A DNA stretch of 64,000 bases from assembly GCA_963704905.1 (NCBI GenBank), contig CAVPHZ010000001.1:451438-515437 (forward strand), written 5' to 3'. The translations under genes and the position numbers were made by a program. The notes under the pieces were generated by a model. It ran no database searches. It had not been told where the DNA came from and saw only the letters and a list, made by a program, of their open reading frames with translations. Positions 47,091 through 56,445 of this stretch are shown here, piece by piece. Numbering within the stretch: the first letter of the stretch is position 1; the number at the start of each line of letters is the position of its first letter. This DNA comes from Candidatus Chisholmbacteria bacterium. Lineage in GTDB: Bacteria; Patescibacteriota; Microgenomatia; UBA1400; Chisholmbacteraceae.

Positions 47091-47162
47091 GCGCCCGTAG
47101 CTCAGGGGTAGAGCACCATGCTTATAACATGGGGGTCGATGGTTCGAAACCATCCGGGCGCA
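47091..47162 (+). tRNA. tRNA-Ile (anticodon UAU)
   Basis: Cloverleaf: GCGCCCG/CGGGCGC acceptor, CCATG-CTTATAA-CATGG anticodon arm, GGTTCGAAACC T arm; CCA not encoded. Confidence 0.93.
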
Positions 47163-47189
47163 CTGTAAATTTCTTAAGAAATTTACAGT
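47162..47189. repeat. Perfect 28-bp palindrome directly after tRNA-Ile
   Basis: ACTGTAAATTTCTT/AAGAAATTTACAGT. Confidence 0.9.
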
Positions 47190-47289
47190 ATAAACACCCG
47201 GCTTTGCTCGGTGCGAGCACTTCATACTTTTAAGGTTATTTTTAGAGCTCTTTTCGTTCTCCGCAATCTGTGTTATAGTGATCAACATC

Positions 47290-47523
47290 ATGTCCAAGCG
47301 TCGATTTGATAAATTCAATTTTAAAGAAGATGATCAAGAATTTCTGCCTGTTGATGCAGCTGATCAAGCATTTTGGGATGAGTTTTGGACACAAGAATTT
47401 TCCAGGAATGAAGAGACTCCTTTGGTGACAATCACCATTAAGAATGAAGAGACTGGGGAAGAGAAAGTGCTTGAGAATGTGAGACTTCGGTTTAAAAGTT
47501 TAGAACGGTTGAAAGATAACTAA
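47290..47523 (+). CDS. Small acidic hypothetical protein
   Basis: ORF behind TGTTATAGT; VTITIKNEETGEEKVL. Confidence 0.6.
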   Translation: MSKRRFDKFNFKEDDQEFLPVDAADQAFWDEFWTQEFSRNEETPLVTITIKNEETGEEKVLENVRLRFKSLERLKDN

Positions 47524-47526
47524 ACT

Positions 47527-48405
47527 CTAGAGTTCTTCGAGTTTGACATCTTCTTTTTCCATTTTTTCGTTGATGATTTTGAGGTATTTTTCGGTGGTGC
47601 TGAGGCGTTTGTGTCCAGCGAGTTTGCTGATGTAGACGAGGGGAGTACCTGCCATGAGTTGTTGAGTGATAAACGTGTGTCTAAGATCATTTACCTTGGC
47701 ATTGACAATACCAGCAATCTTGAAGTAACGATCGATTGCGGCTCTGATATTTCGAACTAAGAACGGCCGGCCAGTTTTGGTGAGGAAGAGAGTTCTCTCT
47801 CTACTTTTTGGTCGTTCGGTAATGTATTCTTCCAACGCTTCTTTGGCAGCTTTGGTGAGTGGAACATTTCTTTCGTCGTGTGATTCGTAGGCCTGAATTG
47901 TGAGTTGATTATTGTTGAGGTTGAGATCGTCAAGTTTCAGATTTGCGAGTTCTCCAATACGAATACCTGTTTGTAGGAGAAGCTCCACTACACCTGAGAT
48001 GCGCGTGTCAGAGCGACAAGCATCGCGAAGTGCTCGATATTCCATTTTTGATAATACTCTTGGAGGTTTAACCTCATAGCGTGGGTGGGAAACGTTTGAT
48101 GCAGGATTTGTCTCAATGTATTGCTTGGATCTTAGAAATCGGAAAAAGGACTTGATGGAGTTAATTTTTCGGCTGATGGACTTGGCGGTGTAATTCTGTT
48201 TTTTGAGCTGTTCGGTGAACGCCTTGATGTGTTGAGGAGTGATTTCTTTTACCGATGTAACACTAACTTTCTCGAGGAATTCTCCGAGCTGCTCGATGTC
48301 TTTCCCATATGCTAGAATTGTCGCGGTAGCGCGATTATTCGCGCGTAGGTCTTGGATAAATTCTTCCCGCGCATCTGAAAGTGGGAGGTTGTCTGAGTTG
48401 TTCAT
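47527..48405 (-). CDS. Tyrosine recombinase, XerC/XerD-like
   Basis: SAM-like N-domain (ATILAYGKD, SISRKINSIKSFFRFL), TGIRIGEL, DLRHTF, LAGHKRLSTTEKY. Confidence 0.93.
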   Translation of the reverse strand: MNNSDNLPLSDAREEFIQDLRANNRATATILAYGKDIEQLGEFLEKVSVTSVKEITPQHIKAFTEQLKKQNYTAKSISRKINSIKSFFRFLRSKQYIETNPASNVSHPRYEVKPPRVLSKMEYRALRDACRSDTRISGVVELLLQTGIRIGELANLKLDDLNLNNNQLTIQAYESHDERNVPLTKAAKEALEEYITERPKSRERTLFLTKTGRPFLVRNIRAAIDRYFKIAGIVNAKVNDLRHTFITQQLMAGTPLVYISKLAGHKRLSTTEKYLKIINEKMEKEDVKLEEL

Positions 48406-48460
48406 AATACTTGATAGTATCCTGTAATATTATACCTTATAATACCAGCGTCGGGGATGT

Positions 48461-48826
48461 ATGTCAATGCGTCGGCAAGCAATTAGTGTTATTGGGATTT
48501 TGATTGGAATTGTGCTGATTGTATCTCTTTCACGAGATGTTCAACGGCTTCTTTCAACCCGAGATCGAATGGTGAAGGAATATTCTGATGTGCTGCAGCT
48601 TGAACAGGAGCAGCAGGATTTGGCAATAGAACTTAACTATGTGGTGAGTGATGAATTTGTTGAGCAAGAGGCACGAGATAAGCTACTTTTAGCCAAGCCT
48701 GGTGAGGTAGTAATAATACTTCCTCCGTATGAAGAAAGTACCGCTACAAGTGATCTGGTATTTGAGCCGTTGGAGCGGAATCAAGACCGATCGAATTGGC
48801 GGAAGTGGGTAGAGTTGTTTTTTTAA
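48461..48826 (+). CDS. Septum formation initiator (FtsB/DivIC family)
   Basis: TM + coiled coil + FVEQEARDKLLLAKPGEVV. Confidence 0.85.
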   Translation: MSMRRQAISVIGILIGIVLIVSLSRDVQRLLSTRDRMVKEYSDVLQLEQEQQDLAIELNYVVSDEFVEQEARDKLLLAKPGEVVIILPPYEESTATSDLVFEPLERNQDRSNWRKWVELFF

Positions 48827-48993
48827 TTCGTTTACCATTCGCGTACATTGATCTTTCCAGAGGTGTTTGGTACAATACTACCTCTGTGCGCGGAGTAGTG
48901 CCCTACAAAGTTTTCACTTTTCTGGGCGAGCTGATATAGCAACTCAGAATAATACCGAAGAAGATAGTATAAGTAGGTTAGATTCACCATACG

Positions 48994-49063
48994 CGCGGGG
49001 TAGTGTACGGTAGCACGTGAGGCTCATAATCTCGCAGACCAGGTTCAACTCCTGGCCCCGCAA
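48994..49063 (+). tRNA. Initiator-type tRNA-fMet (CAU)
   Basis: C1:A72 mismatch, GCGGGG/CCCCGC acceptor, TGAGG-CTCATAA-TCTCG anticodon arm, CCAGG-TTCAACT-CCTGG T arm. Confidence 0.9.
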
Positions 49064-49072
49064 CATAAAGTT

Positions 49073-49095
49073 AGGCCACCATCTGGTGGCCTTTT
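49073..49095 (+). terminator. Intrinsic terminator after tRNA-fMet
   Basis: AGGCCACC-ATCT-GGTGGCCT-TTT. Confidence 0.8.
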
Positions 49096-49159
49096 ACTCA
49101 CTGAAAGTCTGCTTTAGTTTGTTCTCTGGGCTTTTTGTTTGATAGAATATCTGAAGTTC

Positions 49160-49232
49160 GCCAGCGTAGCTCAGTGGTTAGAGCGGTGTCTTCATAAGGC
49201 ATAGGTCGGTGGTTCGAATCCACCCGCTGGCA
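49160..49232 (+). tRNA. tRNA-Met (CAU), probably elongator
   Basis: GCCAGCG/CGCTGGC acceptor, GTGTC-TTCATAA-GGCAT anticodon arm, GGTTCGAATCC. Confidence 0.92.
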
Positions 49233-49281
49233 CATTTACTAAGATTGGGAGTCTCCAATTTGTGAAATATTAATAAGGAAC

Positions 49282-50274
49282 ATGATGAGTAAACAACGAG
49301 TGTTATCCGGTATTCGAGCGACAGGACGGTTGCATTTGGGGAATTATCTTGGTGCGGTGAAGGGAATGCTAGCACTTCAAGATGATCCGAAGTACGAGAC
49401 GCTGTATATGATAGCGGATCTTCATACTATGACGACACCGTATGATAAAGAGTCGCTCTCAGAAACTACTCGTGACGTTTTTCTCGATTATCTTGCATGC
49501 GGACTGGATCCCGAAAAGAGCATTGTGTTCGTACAGTCGGATCTGGCTAATCTCCATGCGCAGTTTATGCTTTACCTTTCCACTGTAGTTTCAGTGGCTC
49601 GGATGCAACATCTGCCTACCTTCAAGGAAAAGGTCAAGCAGTATCCCAGCCATGTAACGATGGCACTTTTAAACTATCCGATTCTTATGGCGGCTGATAT
49701 TTTGATTTATAAAGCGAGCAAAGTACCAGTGGGTATTGATCAGGAACCTCACTTGGAAGTTACGCGTGAGATCGCGCGAAAGATGAATACTGTCTATGCG
49801 ACTGCACTTCCAGAGCCGAGTCGGTTTGCAACTGACGGAGGGTATGTTCCCAGTCTTCTCGGGGAAGGGAAGATGAGCAAATCGGTGGAAGGAAGCTACA
49901 TTAATCTTACTGATGATTTAAATGCTATTCGTAGTCGATTGGCTGCAGCTCCAACTGATAGTGGTCAGGGGTCTGTAATACCAACCAGTGGTGGAGTGGT
50001 GAATCTTCTGATCTTGGTTGAGTTATTTCAAGGAAAGAAGCGGAGGCTTGCGTATGAACAGCAGTATGCTGAACGCGGAATTCGGTATCAAGATTTAAAA
50101 GAAGCGCTGGCAGAAGCTATTTATCGAGAACTTAAACCGATTCAAGAACGTCGAAAGAAGTTGGAAGCTGATCCTAAATATATCAATCAGGTTGTTTCTT
50201 CAGGAGCAAAGAAGGCAAAGGCCATTGCTCGAAAAACTACGGATGAGGTGAAGATAAAGATGGGGCTTGCCTAA
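49282..50274 (+). CDS. trpS: Tryptophan--tRNA ligase
   Basis: SGIRATGRLHLGNYLGA, YPILMAADIL, VPVGIDQEPHLE, KMSKS. Confidence 0.97.
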   Translation: MMSKQRVLSGIRATGRLHLGNYLGAVKGMLALQDDPKYETLYMIADLHTMTTPYDKESLSETTRDVFLDYLACGLDPEKSIVFVQSDLANLHAQFMLYLSTVVSVARMQHLPTFKEKVKQYPSHVTMALLNYPILMAADILIYKASKVPVGIDQEPHLEVTREIARKMNTVYATALPEPSRFATDGGYVPSLLGEGKMSKSVEGSYINLTDDLNAIRSRLAAAPTDSGQGSVIPTSGGVVNLLILVELFQGKKRRLAYEQQYAERGIRYQDLKEALAEAIYRELKPIQERRKKLEADPKYINQVVSSGAKKAKAIARKTTDEVKIKMGLA

Positions 50275-50318
50275 TGTTTCTCTTCGCGTTCTGATCTGGT
50301 TGTGGTATACTTCCTTCC

Positions 50319-50651
50319 GTGAAACCGACGATTCCGTTTTCCGATTTTTCAAAACTTGAACTTTTAGTTGGGACTATTAAAGGTGCACAGTCGATGGAGG
50401 GGACAGAGAAGTTGTTACTGATTGACGTTACTATCGGGGAGAAGAAGACGAGAAAGTTGGTTGCTGGTATTGCACAAACTCACGATATTGACCAGCTGAT
50501 AGGCAAGCAGATTGTGGTGATCTCGAATTTAGAGCAGAAAGAAATTCGCGGGCATCGCTCGGAAGGCATGTTACTTGCGGCTGATATCAATGGCACTCCA
50601 GTTCTTCTGACTCCAGAGAAAGAAGTTCCCGATGGGTCCAATGTGAGATAA
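50319..50651 (+). CDS. tRNA-binding OB-fold protein (MetG C-terminal/Trbp111/CsaA-like)
   Basis: FSDFSKLEL.VGTI, KLL, LVAGI, NLE..RGHRSEGMLLAA. Confidence 0.9.
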   Translation: MKPTIPFSDFSKLELLVGTIKGAQSMEGTEKLLLIDVTIGEKKTRKLVAGIAQTHDIDQLIGKQIVVISNLEQKEIRGHRSEGMLLAADINGTPVLLTPEKEVPDGSNVR

Positions 50652-50661
50652 CATATTATTT

Positions 50662-52569
50662 ATGGAAGGTAAACAACAACGAAAGCAGAGTCGCCTACCA
50701 AAGCGCGTGAAGAAATTTGAATTAAAGATGAATCTTAATCCAAAGAGATTGTTGTTGTGGTTCATTATCTTTCTTTTGTTTGCGCCATTTATTCTCTCAT
50801 TACTGGCTACAGGATCACTCGAAGAGGATGTCCCATTGTCACAAGTTGTAACCGATATCGATGCTGGTCGGATCACCAAGGTTGAGATTGATAGCGAGCA
50901 ACTCTTTTTAACCTACACGGATGGTGAAGAGCGCATTTCCCGAAAAGAGGGGAATGAGACTCTGATCGAAATATTGAATGCATCTGGTGTTGATCCACAG
51001 TCTGTGGAAATTACCGTTCGGGATCAGAGCATAACTCGTTTATGGTGGGATATTGCAGGTACGGTGTTGCCATTGGTACTGATGGCATTCTTTTTCCTGT
51101 TTCTGATCCGCCAAGCTCGAGGCGCTCAGGATAGTTTATTCTCCTTTGGCAGGAGTAAAGCGAAGCTATTTAGTAAAGGCAAACAGAGTGTAAAGTTCTC
51201 TGATGTTGGGGGTGTCGGAGAGGCGAAAAAGGAACTTGAAGAGATTGTTGATTTTTTAAAGAACCCGAAAAAGTATAGTCGATTGGGCGCGCGCACCCCA
51301 AAAGGTGTATTGCTGGTTGGTCCGAGCGGAACTGGAAAAACACTTCTTGCACGAGCAATTGCCGGTGAAGCTGGTGTGACGTTCTTTTCGATGGCAGGGT
51401 CAGAGTTTATGGAGATGTTAGTTGGGGTTGGTGCTTCGAGAGTTCGAGATCTTTTTGATACTGCAAAACGGAATGCTCCTTCGATTATTTTCATTGATGA
51501 AATTGATGCGATAGGACGTATGCGGGGAATGGGTGTGGCTGGCGGGCATGATGAGCGGGAACAGACCCTAAACCAAATATTAGTTGAGATGGATGGATTT
51601 ACTCAAAACGATAATGTGGTGGTATTGGCTGCAACAAATCGCGGCGATCTTCTTGACTCGGCCCTTCTTCGCCCCGGGCGGTTTGACCGTCGGATAACGC
51701 TTGTCTTACCAGATCTTGAGGAACGAGAGAGCATTCTCAAAATACACTCGAAAGGTAAGCCATTTATTAAAGGAGTGAATTGGGAGAAAGTGGCGAAGCG
51801 GACAGTTGGTTTTTCTGGAGCAGATCTTGAAAACATGCTTAATGAGGCGGCAATTCTCGCAGCTCGAGATGAGAAAAAAGCAATCGATCTTATTGATATT
51901 GAGGAAGCAGCGACGAAGGTAAAACTCGGTCCTGAAAAACGACGACTGCAAAGCAACTATGAGCGAAAGATGACTGCGTATCATGAAGCTGGTCATGCTG
52001 TGGTTGGGCACTTGCTTGCACACACCGATCCGGTACATCGAGTTAGTATCGTGTCTCGCGGATTGGCACTAGGATTTACTCTTATGTCTCCTGACAAAGA
52101 TAAGTACACACAGACGAAGAGTGAGTTACTCGATACGATGGCGGCACTTCTCGGTGGTCGAGCTGCAGAGGAGTTGATTTTTAAGGAGTTTACTGGGGGG
52201 GCAGCCAGCGATATTGACAAAGTCACGCGCATAGCACGGCGGATGGTCATTGATTATGGAATGAGTGATTTGGGTCCAGTTAATTTAGGACCACAATGGG
52301 ATACCACTGAATGGGGTCGTTCGGTTTTTGAGCCGAGTAAGCTGGGAAATGAGATGCAAGCAAAAGTTGATATGGAGATTAAACGGTTTGTTGATGATGC
52401 ATACGGCGTTGCACTTACAATGCTTACTAAACACAAAGATCAGTTGGATGCAGTTGCTAACAAATTAGTTGAAGTGGAATCGATTGATAGGGAAGATTTT
52501 GAGAAACTCATGGGTCAGCAGAAAGTACGGCCTGATCTGGATGGAGAAGAGAAGCCAGTGGAATTGTAG
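50662..52569 (+). CDS. ftsH: ATP-dependent zinc metalloprotease FtsH
   Basis: Two TMs, [34 protein letters not shown]. Confidence 0.98.
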   Translation: MEGKQQRKQSRLPKRVKKFELKMNLNPKRLLLWFIIFLLFAPFILSLLATGSLEEDVPLSQVVTDIDAGRITKVEIDSEQLFLTYTDGEERISRKEGNETLIEILNASGVDPQSVEITVRDQSITRLWWDIAGTVLPLVLMAFFFLFLIRQARGAQDSLFSFGRSKAKLFSKGKQSVKFSDVGGVGEAKKELEEIVDFLKNPKKYSRLGARTPKGVLLVGPSGTGKTLLARAIAGEAGVTFFSMAGSEFMEMLVGVGASRVRDLFDTAKRNAPSIIFIDEIDAIGRMRGMGVAGGHDEREQTLNQILVEMDGFTQNDNVVVLAATNRGDLLDSALLRPGRFDRRITLVLPDLEERESILKIHSKGKPFIKGVNWEKVAKRTVGFSGADLENMLNEAAILAARDEKKAIDLIDIEEAATKVKLGPEKRRLQSNYERKMTAYHEAGHAVVGHLLAHTDPVHRVSIVSRGLALGFTLMSPDKDKYTQTKSELLDTMAALLGGRAAEELIFKEFTGGAASDIDKVTRIARRMVIDYGMSDLGPVNLGPQWDTTEWGRSVFEPSKLGNEMQAKVDMEIKRFVDDAYGVALTMLTKHKDQLDAVANKLVEVESIDREDFEKLMGQQKVRPDLDGEEKPVEL

Positions 52570-52571
52570 AT

Positions 52572-52850
52572 GTTACTTCTGGGCTTTCTCAAAGAAGTAA
52601 CTAAGAAAGAGCAACCTTTGACATTCGATCACGATTTCGCTTCGCTCATTTTTTATCATAGTTACCTTCTTGCTTGTCCAAGAAAGCAACCAAAGAGAGA
52701 CCCCCTTGCTTTGCTGGTACAGCTACCAGCACTTTTCTTTTCGGGAAGTCCTTTCGAAATTCTTTACTCCTTCGGCAATCTCAGGATAAAGGTCAGTTTC
52801 GGCTTTCCTCTCAAGAAAAGTAGGTGCACGGTTACCAGCTTTGCAAAAGT
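52572..52850 (+). repeat. Structured intergenic elements, copies B (52572-52650, truncated) and C (52661-52850)
   Basis: GTTACTTCT..AGAAGTAAC-TAAGAAAGAGC and GTTACCTTCTTG-cttgtc-CAAGAAAGCAAC-CAAAGA-GAGAC-CCCC plus long stem; same layout as 41943-42125. Confidence 0.75.
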
Positions 52851-52900
52851 TATCATCACTCATTTCAGTCTTATCCTCTGGTCTGTGATAGAATTTCGGC

Positions 52901-53839
52901 ATGGTTAATGAACGAAAACTGAAAAACCGATTGGTGCTCATTGATGGGCATTCTGTGCTGTATCGCGCGTATCATGCCTATCCGGCTTTGACAACAAAGA
53001 CCGGAGAGCTGATTCATGCTGTGTATGGGTTTACCAGTATTCTTCTGGGTGTGATTCATGATCTTAAACCAACGCATCTTGCAGTGACGTTTGACCGAGG
53101 AGAACCTACATTCCGGCATGAGGAATTTGATGGATACAAAGCCAGTCGACCAGAAGCTCCGGAAGAGTTGATTACACAACAAGGTCGCTTGGCTGAGGTA
53201 ATCGACGTGCTTAACATTCCAGTCTTTTCCGTTTCAGGGTTTGAAGCGGACGATGTTATTGGGACTCTTTCAAAACAAGCTGCTAACAAGAAAGACGTTG
53301 AAGTCGTGATTGTGACTGGAGATCAGGACGCTTTTCAACTTGTTGATGACGAGCGAGTGTTTGTCTATACCCCACCAAGAGGCAAGAAGCCTGCGATACT
53401 TTGGGGAGCTCGTGAAGTGAGTGAGAAGTACAGTCTTAAACCTGAGCAACTTATTGACTACAAAGCATTAGCTGGTGATTCTTCTGATGAGATTCCAGGA
53501 GTTAAAGGTATCGGACCAAAAACTGCTACTTTGTTGCTAAAAAAGTATACAACCCTAAATGATGTCTATGACAATATTGACCGCATTAAAGGAGAGGCTT
53601 CGCCTTCCGTGTATCAAAAGCTTGTTGACGGGAAAGAGTTGGCCTATCAATCGAGAAAATTGGCTGAAATTGTGGTAACTGTTCCCATCAAACTTAAAAT
53701 GAAGGCGTGTGTTATCTATGATTATGAGAAGCAGAAAGCAATTGAGAAATTTCAGGAGCTCGAGTTTACTTCGTTGATTCAGAAACTTCCGAAAGACAAG
53801 TTTGAGCAGATGATCCAGGAAGAACTATTCAGTGAATAG
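52901..53839 (+). CDS. Stand-alone 5'-3' exonuclease / flap endonuclease (PolA N-terminal domain)
   Basis: LIDGHS..YRAYHA, YKASR, GFEADDVIGTL, VTGDQD, LAGDSSDEIPGVKGIGPKTA; no polymerase domain. Confidence 0.93.
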   Translation: MVNERKLKNRLVLIDGHSVLYRAYHAYPALTTKTGELIHAVYGFTSILLGVIHDLKPTHLAVTFDRGEPTFRHEEFDGYKASRPEAPEELITQQGRLAEVIDVLNIPVFSVSGFEADDVIGTLSKQAANKKDVEVVIVTGDQDAFQLVDDERVFVYTPPRGKKPAILWGAREVSEKYSLKPEQLIDYKALAGDSSDEIPGVKGIGPKTATLLLKKYTTLNDVYDNIDRIKGEASPSVYQKLVDGKELAYQSRKLAEIVVTVPIKLKMKACVIYDYEKQKAIEKFQELEFTSLIQKLPKDKFEQMIQEELFSE

Positions 53840-53847
53840 GGTACAGT

Positions 53848-55083
53848 ATGTCGCGTAGTGATATGAACATTGCGTTAGTGCATGACTATCTTCATGAATT
53901 TGGTGGAGCGGAGCGGGTGCTTCTCGCTCTTTCAGAAATATGGCCGAGGGCGCCGATTTATACTGCTTTTGCCACGAGAGGGTCATCAGCATGGGAGCGG
54001 TTTAAGGATAAAGATATCCGAACTTCTTGGTTTCAATACCTTCCATATGCATCGAAGCTCTCGAGTCCACTCCGATTTCTAGCTCCAGTGGTTTGGAATA
54101 GCATTGATTTTTCTGAGTTTGACGTGGTGATTACAAGTGCAAACTGGTTCATCACTAAAGGTATTCGGAAAGGTTCCCGTTTGACAGACTCAGGGCAGGC
54201 GAAGACTATAGAGATTTGTTATTGCCATACCCCACCGCGATATTTATATGGATACCCTACGTCGATCGTGTGGCGAAAGTATTGGCCAGTGAGAATGTAT
54301 GGTCAACTTGTGAGCCATTTTTTACGACAGTATGATTATCAGGCAGCTCAGCGAGTAGACTACTTTGTTGCGAATTCGAAGAATGTTGCGAAGAGAATAG
54401 AGAAGTTTTATAGACGTGAGTCAACAGTGATATACCCGCCGGTGGATGTGGATGCTCTCCCGCAACATTCTGGTTCCTCGCATTTCACCAGAAATGTGCG
54501 GGATGACAAAGCCGGATCAAACAGCGTACCGGTTTTGTCAAGGAGGGGACTACGAGATGATTATTATCTTATCGTATCGAGGATTGTGGGGGGGAAAGGT
54601 TTGGAATTGGCGGTTCGGGCAGCGAATCAGCTTAGCATTCCACTTAAAATTGTTGGGAAGGCTGCTGGGTGGGGATCAGCAGGAAATCGTTTACACGAGC
54701 TTGCAGGAGATACCGTCGAGTTTGTTGGTGAAGTGACTGATGATGAACTTTACCGCCTTTATACTTATGCAAGAGCGTTTTTAGCAATTGCAGAGGATGA
54801 GGATTTTGGAATAACTCCAGTGGAAGCTATGGCACATGGTACTCCGGTAATTGCATACAAAGGTGGAGGTTATCTGGAGAGTGTAGTTGCTGGGAAAACG
54901 GGAGTGTTTTTTGAGCAGTATACTGTTGAGGGTTTGATGCAGGCCATACGTAGGTTTGAAAAAGAGGAATCAGGTTTTCAGACTACTATTATCCGAAAGT
55001 ATGCACAACGTTTTTCTAAGAAACGATTCCAGAGAGAGATGAAAGCCTTTGTTGAGGAATCGGTGAAAACGATACATAATTGA
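53848..55083 (+). CDS. Glycosyltransferase family 4
   Basis: IALVHDYL..GGAERV, CYCHTPPRY, ANS, IYPPV, EDFGITPVEAMAHGTPVIA; start could be 53863. Confidence 0.93.
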   Translation: MSRSDMNIALVHDYLHEFGGAERVLLALSEIWPRAPIYTAFATRGSSAWERFKDKDIRTSWFQYLPYASKLSSPLRFLAPVVWNSIDFSEFDVVITSANWFITKGIRKGSRLTDSGQAKTIEICYCHTPPRYLYGYPTSIVWRKYWPVRMYGQLVSHFLRQYDYQAAQRVDYFVANSKNVAKRIEKFYRRESTVIYPPVDVDALPQHSGSSHFTRNVRDDKAGSNSVPVLSRRGLRDDYYLIVSRIVGGKGLELAVRAANQLSIPLKIVGKAAGWGSAGNRLHELAGDTVEFVGEVTDDELYRLYTYARAFLAIAEDEDFGITPVEAMAHGTPVIAYKGGGYLESVVAGKTGVFFEQYTVEGLMQAIRRFEKEESGFQTTIIRKYAQRFSKKRFQREMKAFVEESVKTIHN

Positions 55084-55128
55084 CACCATTTTAATTATTA
55101 TCCGCTTTTTAAGGTATACTTAGGTTGT

Positions 55129-55569
55129 ATGCACGTTAAACAACATGTCGCTGTTAATACTATTGTTGGTTCGATTGCACTCAAGATTGTAGATTTGCCT
55201 TTGATTTTTTCTACCCTCTCTCCAGCGGTTATCTCCGGAGTCTTAATTGACGCAGATCATTTGTTGTACGAGATATGGAAGCAGAGGACATTGTCAGCAC
55301 GAAAATTGCTTCGTGGTGTTCTTAAGGACTATCATGAGCATCATTATCGTTTCTATCTTTTTCATACCATCGAGTTTGCAATTATCTTCACCCTGGTTGT
55401 CTATCGCTCTCCGTCGCTTACCTGGCCATGGGCGTTTGGATACTGGGTGCATCTGACTTCAGATGTTTATTACAACTACAAGTTGCGCAGGAATATTCAT
55501 TGGATGTCAAATTGGCTTGGAACACTTCAGGGTTGGAGAGCTATAAAGGCGCGGAGATCACAGAAATAA
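55129..55569 (+). CDS. Membrane protein, putative metal-dependent hydrolase (YdjM-like)
   Basis: M...H, IDADH, FHTIE, HLTSD His/Asp pattern within TMs. Confidence 0.55.
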   Translation: MHVKQHVAVNTIVGSIALKIVDLPLIFSTLSPAVISGVLIDADHLLYEIWKQRTLSARKLLRGVLKDYHEHHYRFYLFHTIEFAIIFTLVVYRSPSLTWPWAFGYWVHLTSDVYYNYKLRRNIHWMSNWLGTLQGWRAIKARRSQK

Positions 55570-55584
55570 TTTACTGGGGTTTCT

Positions 55585-56433
55585 ATGCCGGAACTTCCTG
55601 AGGTTGAACTTCTTCGAATAGGACTTCATACGTACATTCATGGTTTGACGATTCATGCTGTTGAAGTCCGGCAGCCTACGGTATTTTCTGGTCATACGAC
55701 AAGTGTTGTAGGTGGTACAGTTCAAGTAATTCGACGCTACGGTAAGATGCTTTCAATTGATCTTTCAAATGGTAATAGTTTGGCAATTCATGTCAAGATG
55801 ACTGGGCGATTGATCTATCGAGGGAGGAAACAGCCGAAGAAGCTTGATGTTGATCCAGATTTGAGTGATCTACCAGGTAAGCATACCCATGTGATTTTTA
55901 GGTTCACAAATGGTGATGTACTTTATTTTAACGATGTTCGACGTTTTGGGTGGGTAAAAGTTGTTCCGTCGAAGTTGGTTGAGTCTTTGGCATTCGTTGC
56001 CAAGCTTGGACCGGAACCATTTCGTGATCTGAACTTATCAAGGTTTACTGTGATTCTTTCAGCTTCTAAGCGCTCAATAAAGACACTATTGATGGATCAA
56101 AGTCGTATTTCCGGTGTGGGAAACATTTATGCTAATGAGGCGCTTCATTGTGCAAAGATTTTGCCAGAGCGAACATCGAGTACGATCACATCAGGAGAAG
56201 CAAAGAAACTTTTTACTTGCATTGAACGTGTTCTTGAGGATGGGTTGAAACATGGAGGTTCGAGCACAGATTCGTTTCGAGACGTACTCGGACGTAGAGG
56301 CAGTTTTCAAACTCGTTACATGGTGTATGATCGGGAGGATCAGAAATGTCGGCGGCGAGGTTGTTCTGGAAGAATTAAGAAAGTTAAACTTTCAGGACGA
56401 GGGACTTATTTTTGTATAGTTTGTCAGCATTGA
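55585..56433 (+). CDS. mutM: Formamidopyrimidine-DNA glycosylase
   Basis: MPELPEVE, HVKMTG, DVRRFG, LGPEP, GVGNIYANE, C-terminal zinc finger. Confidence 0.97.
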   Translation: MPELPEVELLRIGLHTYIHGLTIHAVEVRQPTVFSGHTTSVVGGTVQVIRRYGKMLSIDLSNGNSLAIHVKMTGRLIYRGRKQPKKLDVDPDLSDLPGKHTHVIFRFTNGDVLYFNDVRRFGWVKVVPSKLVESLAFVAKLGPEPFRDLNLSRFTVILSASKRSIKTLLMDQSRISGVGNIYANEALHCAKILPERTSSTITSGEAKKLFTCIERVLEDGLKHGGSSTDSFRDVLGRRGSFQTRYMVYDREDQKCRRRGCSGRIKKVKLSGRGTYFCIVCQH

Positions 56434-56445
56434 TCGATCTCATAC

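Noticed and set aside
44702-48405. Integrative conjugative element (VirD4-like ATPase + tRNA + tyrosine recombinase)
   Set aside because: No relaxase, VirB genes or att duplication of the tRNA 3' end; flanking genes are housekeeping
52570-52941. ORFs 52570..52908 (+) and 52723..52941 (-)
   Set aside because: They lie across the structured repeat elements and the next gene's promoter and show no protein-like motifs
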